In this document: one piece after another, positions 1 to 9,060 of the stretch | How positions within the stretch are numbered: the first letter of the stretch is position 1 | How the letters are laid out: every line of letters starts with the position of its first letter | Assembly: GCA_020891255.1 (NCBI GenBank) | Contig: BQFW01000009.1 | Location: forward strand, 1,426,001-1,490,000 | Length of the DNA stretch: 64,000 bases | Direction of reading: 5' to 3' | DNA from: Entomortierella parvispora E1425 | Lineage: Eukaryota > Fungi > Mortierellomycota | The notes under the pieces: model-generated | The model's database searches: none | What the model was told of the DNA's origin: nothing | The model's input: only the letters and a program-made list of their open reading frames with translations | Translations under genes and position numbers: made by a program

Positions 1-223
1 GCTCTGGAGAACTGGACCCACTTGATCAGTCTGAATGTTGCCGCGGATGATGAGGCACGTTCCCTTCTGCTCCATCGAATCCCTTGAAAAGTAAAAATAA
101 AAAAGGAGAAATTTGGTGGCGCGTTATGTCAAAGCGCGCGCACGCGCGTTTCCTCTTGTCAGGCGCACAAACGGGACAGGGATTCAAACCATTCTTTCAT
201 TCATCCATGAGAAAAACTCCAAC

Positions 224-1813
224 ATGCCGAAGCATCGACGCTTGAAAGAACCAGAGCAGGACCGACCTTCTCATGGCTCACAACATCAGGATCGACTGGA
301 TGCCATTTCGCCGCCAAGTCCACTCGCCATCCCAGAGCTTCTGCAATTAGCTTGCCAATTCTTGGACCGACATTCACTTGCCATGTGCGTTCGGGTTTGC
401 CGTCTTTGGCATCAGGCCTTGGGTGGCCAGCTTTGGAAAGCGGTTGAGAAGTACATAGGGTGCAAACCGCTCGATCGTCAGAAATCCAATGGTCCATCGT
501 TGTCTCTCATTAGCAAGCATGCGGATTTTATTCAGAACCTCTTCCTGAGAATTCCCATTGGCGACGCCAGATTTCCTGGTAAAAGTCCGATACACTGCTC
601 TCGCATCACAGAGCTAACGGTTGACTCAGTCGGACACCTGGAAGTCGGTCATATCCGTCGGCATCTCGATCATGGCCTCTCAACTTTTATCGAAGAACAT
701 CAAGCCAGCTTGAAAAAGTTGGTTCTTCATGTGAGCCCAAGCAAGGCCCTCACCGATGCAGTGACGAGCTGCTCACGCTTAGAGTCACTGGTGACTCGTT
801 TACCAGATTCAGAAGAGGACCTTGACTGGATCGACTGGTACAGATCGTGTGGATCCCGTCTGCAGAGTCTCGCGTTGGTTTCAAGGACATCGGGCGATTT
901 CACAACGTCCTTCCGCAACAGTGCCGCCATTTTCGACACCCTGGACGAGCTCCTAAGCAGGGTCCCAGCAGCCACTCTCCAGAGCCTTGAACTGGAGGCA
1001 GGATGCCCCACTTTGTCTTCCCTCCAAGGTCAACTGTTGTTGGTGATGAAGAGTCCAGAATTAAAGCGGCTCTCCTGGCCCGGCACAAGTACAATCCCCA
1101 TACTGGCCAAAGCCTTTAAGAGAAGTCGTCACGGATTATTTTGTCAGGAACTGGAGTCGCTAGCAATACGGGGCGGGAAATTCACTGCCATGGATTTGAA
1201 ATGCATTATAGAGTCCCTTCCAGCTTTGGTGGATCTGGATCTGAAGTGGAGCATGGGCGATTCAACTCCCTGTCAATATTCACCCTTTTTTATTCACCTT
1301 GGGCTCCGGAGACTTAGGATCGATGGAAGCCAATGGGCGACTTCGACTGTGGTCCATGATCTACTCTGCTCAATGCCGAGTCTGGAGGTCATGATTGCGA
1401 ACGAGGTGTTGGACACAACCATCCTGGAGGACCCTCGACCCTGGATCTGCACAGGCCTGAAAGAGCTAATGATTCTGTTCCGTTTCCTTTCAGGCGACGA
1501 AGGCGAGACTTTGATTTTGAACCGACTCTGTCAGCTAAAAGGGCTTGAGAAGCTAAGCTTGCAGGCGGAGCTCAGGTTGTTGTTACCACCTACCTGGAAC
1601 GACGGTCATTTACGATTTCGGTTAGACCATGGTCTTGATCAGTTAAAGACGTTGAGGCAACTGCGAATATTTGAGGCTGGACATGCTCTGCCATGGAGGG
1701 AATCCGAGGCGCTGTGGGCGCTAGAGAACTGGACTCAATTGAGAGAGATTGATATCAAGATGGATGCCAGCGCACAACAGCTTTTGGGCCACCGACTGAA
1801 AGTGAAGGCATGA
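224..1813 (+). CDS. F-box/LRR (RNI-like) protein, array copy 1
   Basis: Intronless ORF. F-box-like motif LAIPELLQLACQFLDRHSLAMCVRVCRLWHQ, followed by degenerate LRRs and the family motif EDPRPWICTGLKEL. Start placed at ATG 224 by comparison with paralogs. Confidence 0.85.
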   Translation: MPKHRRLKEPEQDRPSHGSQHQDRLDAISPPSPLAIPELLQLACQFLDRHSLAMCVRVCRLWHQALGGQLWKAVEKYIGCKPLDRQKSNGPSLSLISKHADFIQNLFLRIPIGDARFPGKSPIHCSRITELTVDSVGHLEVGHIRRHLDHGLSTFIEEHQASLKKLVLHVSPSKALTDAVTSCSRLESLVTRLPDSEEDLDWIDWYRSCGSRLQSLALVSRTSGDFTTSFRNSAAIFDTLDELLSRVPAATLQSLELEAGCPTLSSLQGQLLLVMKSPELKRLSWPGTSTIPILAKAFKRSRHGLFCQELESLAIRGGKFTAMDLKCIIESLPALVDLDLKWSMGDSTPCQYSPFFIHLGLRRLRIDGSQWATSTVVHDLLCSMPSLEVMIANEVLDTTILEDPRPWICTGLKELMILFRFLSGDEGETLILNRLCQLKGLEKLSLQAELRLLLPPTWNDGHLRFRLDHGLDQLKTLRQLRIFEAGHALPWRESEALWALENWTQLREIDIKMDASAQQLLGHRLKVKA

Positions 1814-2583
1814 TATAGAATCGTCAAATAATTTCAATAAACAGAACCACAACAGAAACAACAGCAAAAAGATCATAGGGAAGGGAGATAACTCAACTCA
1901 GTTCTTTCAAGCAGTGGATACAATTGGTGCGAAAGAGTAAATGAAGATAACCCCGGAACGGCAACAATGGTATGAATAAGGGAAAGTTGGGGCACACGAT
2001 GTCGCATGCCCTTATTTGGGAGAAGTGTGGGTTTGCGTCTGGCTAATGTGCTTGCATTTTAGGACGTTGGTACATCCTGAGGCGGAAAGGGATTGTACAT
2101 GTACCTCAAAACAAAATGATTTTTAAAAAAAAAAAAAAAAAAAACTTAAAAAGCATGCTCCAGCTCCAGCTGCTCTCCACTGATTTGTGTGGTGACAGAA
2201 ACAAACAGGCAATTGTTGTGCTGGGATATGTAGAAGTTCATGAACTGTTGTTTTCTTCCTCGCTTGAACACACTCAGAGGGCCAGAGCCAGAGGGCGAAT
2301 ATAAATGCACTCTGAGCCAGAGCCAGAGGGCGAATATGAGTGCAGAACAGAGGAGGTTCAGAACACAGCAGAAGAATGCGCTGTGGCGTAAGACTGCCGG
2401 CTGGGCCACGGGGGCTATGGAAATGTATAAAAGGGACAAAAGGTATGGAATATTGGCAACTTGCCACATTTCACTCATTATCCCAAAGTAATCAAACACC
2501 TCCAGTCCACTAAAAGCATCAAAGAAGAATATAACACGACACACCATTGACGAATGTACTTTGCCGTATTTTAGAGGCGCAGT

Positions 2584-3159
2584 ATGAAAGTTCTTTTAAA
2601 GCTATCACTGGTTTTATCAGCTTTCATCTGCAACTGTGTTGGAGCCGCCCGTTCATGCAGCGACAATACGTGTTGCAAGGGTGTTGCTTTTGGTATTACT
2701 CCCTTACCAGTCTATAGCGCAAGAGGATCAGGAAGTCTCTCCGTAGAAGATTGTGGTACATACGTCGGCTCTGACAACGGATGCTATTCGAATCAGAGGA
2801 GGACCTTGCACGCCGCAATGACCCATAATCTTGATCCTAAGGTCACTGTCCATCCTTGTTCTTTTGGATCAAGGTGCGCAAGTCCTTATGGAGGTCATAT
2901 CATGATTGAAGGAAAAGTTCACACCGGTCAAGTCATGAAACTGCAGTCCAACAAGATCCCTGCCTCGATTCTCTATACCGACGGGACTTCTTTCAAAACA
3001 TACTACATTCTTTTTACAAACCCTGCTGCAAAGAAGCTAGAACGAACACACCCAAAAGACCACAGGCTGGATTATTACAAAGAACATTACGACATTCTTG
3101 AAACCAGAGACGTAAACGACAACTTAGTTGAGATGAGTTTCAATCCAAAGAATAAATAA
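2584..3159 (+). CDS. Small secreted cysteine-rich protein of unknown function (191 aa)
   Basis: Single ATG-TAA ORF with a hydrophobic N-terminal signal-peptide-like segment (MKVLLKLSLVLSAFICNCVGA) and several Cys in the mature N-half. TATA-like GTATAAAAG at ~2425. Confidence 0.7.
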   Translation: MKVLLKLSLVLSAFICNCVGAARSCSDNTCCKGVAFGITPLPVYSARGSGSLSVEDCGTYVGSDNGCYSNQRRTLHAAMTHNLDPKVTVHPCSFGSRCASPYGGHIMIEGKVHTGQVMKLQSNKIPASILYTDGTSFKTYYILFTNPAAKKLERTHPKDHRLDYYKEHYDILETRDVNDNLVEMSFNPKNK

Positions 3160-3723
3160 TCGCCTTCACCACGCTTTCAATGTACGTGCAACGAACATAA
3201 ATATGGTTTATTTCATTATTTCAACAGTAATAAAGTCCGCCCTTCTAACGTTGTGTTGCGACAAAGAGGAAGTGCAGACATGTTTGGATCATAGATACCA
3301 AAGTGCAAGTATTGTGGGGGTAGGTGTAGAACGGGGGGAGAGGGAATATCAGGCAAAGAGGCGTGTGTGAGTTTACGTTAGTGTAGATGGCGGCGAGCTG
3401 GCGGCGAGCTGGACGGCTTGGCGCGTCACTGGCCAGTCGATATTGTGTGGGTTGAATGAATGGATGCAAGTAAGAAGGGGAGGAATGAGCAATTAGTGGA
3501 AGCATGCATGAGGGTCGTCAAACCTGCAGAGGTGGACACGCCAAGTTCTGAACTCATGTTTTGGTGGCGCACCGCGCCGTGTCGTAGTGCACCGTGCACC
3601 GCACGACTGTGTCGCTCATTTCAATGTGGCAGTGCTGCAGCCTTTTGTCCTCCTTCATCATCATCATCCTTCCATCCCTCATCACCCACCGACTCTACAA
3701 GAAACATCAATGACCGCTCTTAC

Positions 3724-5337
3724 ATGTCGCAACAACCACACCTAGAAGAATCACCAGAGGGTCGGGCGCGACATGACTCCCAGGACCAGCCGAACCATTT
3801 GAATGCCAAGGCAACACAAAGTGCGCTCGCCATCCCAGAAATCATCTTACTTATTTCTCGATACTTGGACCAACAGGCTCTCGCCGTGTGTCTTCGGGTC
3901 TGCCGTCAATGGCAAAATGTGTTGCACTATCAGCTGTGGGAAGTGGTTGAAAAGCGCACGGGAAAGTGGCACTGGTCTGGTTCAGCACCTTGGGGCCCGA
4001 CCTTACCGCTGTCGTGTGGGAATGCCCGCTATTTACGGAAGCTTGTCCTGAACATCGATGGCAACACCTACTCCAGCATCGGCCTGAACTCAATGCACTA
4101 CCCCAACCTTTCAGAACTAACCGTTACGACGACAAGAGTCTATACCATTGATAACTTTCACCAATTTATTGACGAATGCCTTTCGCCCTTTATTGAGCAA
4201 CATCAAGCCGGTTTGAAAAAGCTGGTCCTCCGTGTGGATGAGATCAAGTCGCTTTCAGACGCGATGACATCGTGTTCGCACTTGGAGTCTCTAACAGCCC
4301 GACACTCTTACTTCGAATATCAGGAACCCGATAATTGGATGGACTGGTATGCTGCACAGGGATGCCGCCTCAAGAGCCTCGCTATAGCCGGGATGAGATT
4401 TGTTTCTCCCCCCTTCAGTTTTGTCATGACTGAGACTATGACCGCGCTGTTGGCAAAGGCTTCAGACAGCACTCTTCAGAATCTCGATCTGGCGACAGGA
4501 TACCCCAACGACAAGGCACTATTCTTAGTGATGAAGAGTCCAGATTTGAGGCGACTCTGTTGGCCAGGCTCTGGAACGATCGCTCGACTTGCCAAGGCCC
4601 TAGAGGACAACCCTTCTAGATCTTTTTGTCAAAAGTTGGAGTCACTCTCTATCCCAGGCCAGGAAGATATGGACCCAGCAGATTTCCAACGCGTCATGAA
4701 GTCTTTGCCCTCTCTGACGGAGCTGAATCTGGAGGGGGGTTCCGGCCCGATTACTCCCTCCCTGATGACCCTAAGACTGAGGAAGCTGAGAATCGATGCA
4801 TTCAAGGAGGATCCTTCCACCATGATCCAGGATATTCTATGTTCAGTGCCAACCCTGGAAGTCTTGACTGTGGAATGTATGTCGGAAAGCACCATTCTAG
4901 AGGATCCCCGGCCCTGGATCTGTACAGGTCTGAGAGAACTGACGACTGGCATCATCGTTTATTCTGGTATCGAAGGACATGGTCTGATCATGGACCGCCT
5001 TGCGACTCTGGAAAAGCTTGAGAGACTGACTGTGTTGCCGGCCCCGTATATTTTCAAGAAACCATCCAGTATCAATGGTGCACAGGCCAGGAATATGCAA
5101 TTGACACTAGAAATGGGCCTGGATCGGTTGAGCACTTTAAAGCAATTGCGAGCCCTCAAGGTGGCAGACCCTACGACAGAATGGGGAGGAGACGAGGCGA
5201 AGTGGGCCCTGAAGAACTGGGATCGCCTAATCGATCTGGATGTTTTGGCGGATAGTGCCGCGGTTGTCTTGCTATATCATCGATTCCGTACAATTTTAAA
5301 TAGAGCTGATGTAGAAAAGATAGAGAAAGAGAGCTAG
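3724..5337 (+). CDS. F-box/LRR protein, array copy 2
   Basis: LAIPEIILLISRYLDQQALAVCLRVCRQWQ F-box motif, LRRs and EDPRPWICTGLREL. Probable start MSQQPHL at 3724, within ORF 3460..5337. Confidence 0.85.
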   Translation: MSQQPHLEESPEGRARHDSQDQPNHLNAKATQSALAIPEIILLISRYLDQQALAVCLRVCRQWQNVLHYQLWEVVEKRTGKWHWSGSAPWGPTLPLSCGNARYLRKLVLNIDGNTYSSIGLNSMHYPNLSELTVTTTRVYTIDNFHQFIDECLSPFIEQHQAGLKKLVLRVDEIKSLSDAMTSCSHLESLTARHSYFEYQEPDNWMDWYAAQGCRLKSLAIAGMRFVSPPFSFVMTETMTALLAKASDSTLQNLDLATGYPNDKALFLVMKSPDLRRLCWPGSGTIARLAKALEDNPSRSFCQKLESLSIPGQEDMDPADFQRVMKSLPSLTELNLEGGSGPITPSLMTLRLRKLRIDAFKEDPSTMIQDILCSVPTLEVLTVECMSESTILEDPRPWICTGLRELTTGIIVYSGIEGHGLIMDRLATLEKLERLTVLPAPYIFKKPSSINGAQARNMQLTLEMGLDRLSTLKQLRALKVADPTTEWGGDEAKWALKNWDRLIDLDVLADSAAVVLLYHRFRTILNRADVEKIEKES

Positions 5338-5519
5338 AGAGGAGGAGAAGAGAGGTTGAGCGAGGCTGGATGCTTGATTTCATCGAGAAGCGGGTGAAAA
5401 AAAAAAAAAAAAAAAAAAAAAAAACGCCACCATTTTTGATGCCCCCTATTTTCAGTATGGAGGCACTGCTGACAATTGACGTCTTTCTTTTGTAAACATG
5501 GACAGACATTCATTCCATC

Positions 5520-7109
5520 ATGCCACGACAACAATGCCTTGAAGGACTGCAACGTGGTCGACCGCAACATGAGCCACAACGACAGGAAAGGCGATTGAAT
5601 GTCACTCCACCACATGGACCACTTTCCATTCCGGAGCTCCTTGATTTGACTGGCCGCTATTTGGACCGATATTCACTCGCGATGTGTCTTCGGGTTTGCC
5701 GTCAATGGCGCAAGGTATTGCACTGTCAGCTGTGGGAAGTGATTGAGAAGCGTACAGGAGGGTGGAACTGGCCTGGGTCAGTATCTCGGGGCCCGACCTT
5801 ACCTCTCTCTTCTGAGAATGCCTCTCATTTACGGAAACTTGTCCTGAGGATCGATACCAGTAGTGACTCCAGTCTTGACCTGAACTCAATGCACTACCCC
5901 AACCTTTCAGAATTGACCGTTTCGACATTAAGCGCCTATGAGGTTGACCGTTTGCGCCGATTCCTTCACGACTGTCTTTCCCCCTTTATTGTTCAACATC
6001 AAACCAGCTTGAAAAAATTGGTCCTCTTTGTGGATGAGATGAAGCCGCTTACAGACGCCTTGCTGACGTGCTCGCGCTTGGAGTCTCTTACAGCCTGGTT
6101 CCAACCTACGGGACAAAAGCAGTACTTTCTGGGAGAAAAGCATCAATCTGATAGATGGATGGAATGGTACGAAGCACAAGGACGCCGCCTAAAGAGCCTC
6201 AGCTTCATGGGGACAAGAGTTGGTTCACTCTCTGCCAAACTGGAAATGGGCGAGGCCATGGCGGCGCATTTAGCCAAGGCTTCAGAAAGCACTCTCCAGG
6301 ATCTCGAACTGGCGATAGAATATCCCACGGACAAAGGTCTGTTCTTGGTGATGAAGAGTCCGAACCTGAAGCGACTCTATTGGCCAGGCAGTAGGACGAT
6401 TGCTCGACTGGCGAAGGCCTTTGAGAACGATCCTCAGGGGTCGTTTTGTCAAAAACTGGAATCACTCTCGATCCCGAACCTGGAGGATTTGGACCCCGCG
6501 GATTTCCAACGCGTCATGAAGTCTTTGCCCTCTTTGACGGATCTGTATCTACCAAAGGTTTGTCCCCACCTGGCGACCCTAAAACTGCGGAAGCTGAGGA
6601 TCGATGAATGCAAGGAGGACTCGACGACCATGGTGCAGGATATTTTATGTTCAATGCCAACTCTCGAAGTCTTGACTGCGGACTGTGTGTCAGAAAGCGC
6701 CATTCAGGAGGATCCCCGGCCCTGGATCTGTAGAGGTCTGAGAGAGCTGACGACAGCCATCATCGTTTCTTCTGGTATCAATGGCCACCGTTCGATCATG
6801 GAACGGCTTGCAACTCTGGAACGACTTGAGAAGCTTTCTGTATTGTCCACCAGGTGTATTTCCAAAAACCCACGCGGTGCCAATGATGCGAAGGCCGTGA
6901 ATATGCAACTAACACTGGCAGAGGGCCTGGATCGGTTGAGCACTTTGAGGCAATTGAGAGCCTTCAAGGTGGCAGACACCACGACACGCTGGGGAGCGGA
7001 TGAGGCGAAATGGGCCCTGAAGAACTGGGGTCGCCTAATCGATCTGGATGTTTTCGGAGATTGTGAGGTGATTGTCTTTCTGCACCATCGACTCCGTAAG
7101 ATTTCATAG
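5520..7109 (+). CDS. F-box/LRR protein, array copy 3
   Basis: 529-aa ORF, collinear with and closely similar to copy 2 (e.g. LNSMHYPNLSELTV, FCQKLESLSIP, DFQRVMKSLPSLT). Confidence 0.88.
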   Translation: MPRQQCLEGLQRGRPQHEPQRQERRLNVTPPHGPLSIPELLDLTGRYLDRYSLAMCLRVCRQWRKVLHCQLWEVIEKRTGGWNWPGSVSRGPTLPLSSENASHLRKLVLRIDTSSDSSLDLNSMHYPNLSELTVSTLSAYEVDRLRRFLHDCLSPFIVQHQTSLKKLVLFVDEMKPLTDALLTCSRLESLTAWFQPTGQKQYFLGEKHQSDRWMEWYEAQGRRLKSLSFMGTRVGSLSAKLEMGEAMAAHLAKASESTLQDLELAIEYPTDKGLFLVMKSPNLKRLYWPGSRTIARLAKAFENDPQGSFCQKLESLSIPNLEDLDPADFQRVMKSLPSLTDLYLPKVCPHLATLKLRKLRIDECKEDSTTMVQDILCSMPTLEVLTADCVSESAIQEDPRPWICRGLRELTTAIIVSSGINGHRSIMERLATLERLEKLSVLSTRCISKNPRGANDAKAVNMQLTLAEGLDRLSTLRQLRAFKVADTTTRWGADEAKWALKNWGRLIDLDVFGDCEVIVFLHHRLRKIS

Positions 7110-7267
7110 CGCTGCGCTGGAAGAATAAGAGAAGATAGGTAGAGCCAAGCTGGACAGCATGGCTGATCACATAAAACGCCCACAAAGTTCGATACACCCC
7201 ATTGGAACTGATCATTGACATCCCAGTGCGAACGATGCAGAGGAGTGGGTGTTCTATTAACTCTTTG

Positions 7268-7440
7268 AATGGGCCTGGATCGGTTGAGAACTTCGAGGGC
7301 AACTGACGGCCTTGATGGTGGGCGACTCTACGATAAAGTGCAGGAATGACGAGGCGCGATGGGTATTACAGAATTGGGTACGCTTCGATCTGGATATTTC
7401 TGTGGATAATGTTGCGAATGTCTTGCTGCGCCATCGACAT
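7268..7440 (+). pseudogene. C-terminal relic of a copy-2/3-type F-box/LRR gene
   Basis: GGCCTGGATCGGTTGAG...GACGAGGCGCGATGGG...GATCTGGAT aligns by eye with the 3' ends of copies 2 and 3, with indels and stops. Confidence 0.65.
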
Positions 7441-7680
7441 ACAAGTCTTAAATATCGCTGATTCAGGGAATGAGAAAAGAGCGTAGTTGGGCAGCATGGT
7501 GCACGAGCCAAGCATCTAAAAAAAAAAAGTTGCCCCCGAAAATAAAAACGCCACCAATTTCTCGATCCTCCCTTCGCCCCATTTTCAAGAAATGACATCT
7601 TTGAATGCAACTTCATTTTCTCACTTTCCGACCATTAGCATCTGCCTGCTTCGTGATCATCGACAAACATACACTTCTTC

Positions 7681-8360
7681 ATGTCAGAGCAACAATGCCT
7701 TGAAAGGCTGCCGCGTGGTCGACCGCAACATGAGCCACGACGACAGGAGGAACGATTGGATGTTCTTTTACCTTAAAGTCCACTTGCAGTGCAAGAAATC
7801 TTGGAGTTGATTGGCAACTAGTCCCATCTCCACTTATTTGGCGTCCTTCAGGATTCGCGTGCTGAGGATGGATTGATGCGAATGCGTGACGCCAGCCATA
7901 GTACCGGATAGTCTACTCGATCTCCAGTCTGGAGGTCTTTTGCAGCCAACCATCTCACGGACCTGACCATTCAGGAGGACCCTCGGCCTTGGGTCTGTAC
8001 AGGCTTGAGACGACTGACGGTCATGTTTCAGTCTCGTGTCGGGTACTGCAGGCGAAGGTCTGATCCTGGATCGAGTCGGTCAGCTGGAAAGTCTCGAGAG
8101 GTTATGTTTACCTACGGCTCTGAACCGATTTCTGGGAGGAAGCCCTCAAATCCATGGATTTGCGATTCCAACTAAAGAGTGGTCTGGACAAGTTAAAAGT
8201 CGTTGAGACGTCTGAAGTTTTTTTCAACTGGGAGGGGAGATCAGTTGTGGCGAGAACGCGAAGCGCGGGTGCGGTGGGCGCTCGAGAACCGGGTCCAGCT
8301 GAGAGCCATCGATATCAAATTGGATGTCAAAGCCAGGGAGCTGTTACGCCATCGATTGAC
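7681..8360 (+). pseudogene. Degenerate F-box/LRR paralog with a large internal deletion
   Basis: Begins MSEQQCLERLPRGRPQHEP (cf. copy 3 MPRQQCLEGLQRGRPQHEP), then stops. Jumps to EDPRPWVCTGL and a C-terminal WALEN..QLRAIDIKLD segment with frameshifts. Confidence 0.75.
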
Positions 8361-9060
8361 GGACAGGACCAACCTCTAAGGTACTTTTTTTTTTTTTTTT
8401 GAACTAGACGATCGAGAACCTATCAATGAGAACCATTTGATCGTTTTGCTTTATCCCTTTGAGGCTCCTATCGGATTATTTGTTTTTGGTCTGCTGTGAT
8501 CGCCCTCCATCCAAATGAAAGAGTTACAGCTCTGCTGAAGCGCGTCTTGATTTTTTTTTTTTTTGTGTATTTATTTGTAGGAACTGATTTTACAATGGTA
8601 AAGGCATTAATGAAAAGTGTGGATGTGTTGGGTGTGTTTGTGTTTGTATGTGAAATGATGAAGTGGGGGTTATTGAAACAAGCAAAGGGCAAAAGAGAAA
8701 AGAGCAAAGGAAAAGGCGAAGGCGAAGGGGTCGGGAGAAGAATGGCAGAGAGAAAAGAAAAAAGAAAAAACAATGTCGTAACGGAGGAAGAGTGGAAGAG
8801 GGGGTTTTTTTTGTTGGATGGTGATGTCGATGATGATGACGGGTGATGACAGTGACGATGGTGACGACAAGTGAACGACGACAAAAACGATGAAAGGGAC
8901 ATTCATTCTCCTTTCCTTCGTTTATCGCATCAAGACAAGCAAGATGAAAAGGGCAGGCGAAAGGTAATGTGGCAAAAAAAAAAAAAAAAAAAAAAAAAAG
9001 GTGAAAGGGAATGAGAGAAAAAAAACACAGGGGAAGGTGAAAAGAAGATTTTCAATTCTT

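Noticed and set aside
2123-2145. Long poly-A/T runs here and elsewhere (e.g. 5397-5424, 8975-8999) as retroposon tails
   Set aside because: No associated TSDs or element bodies; such runs are common throughout this sequence.
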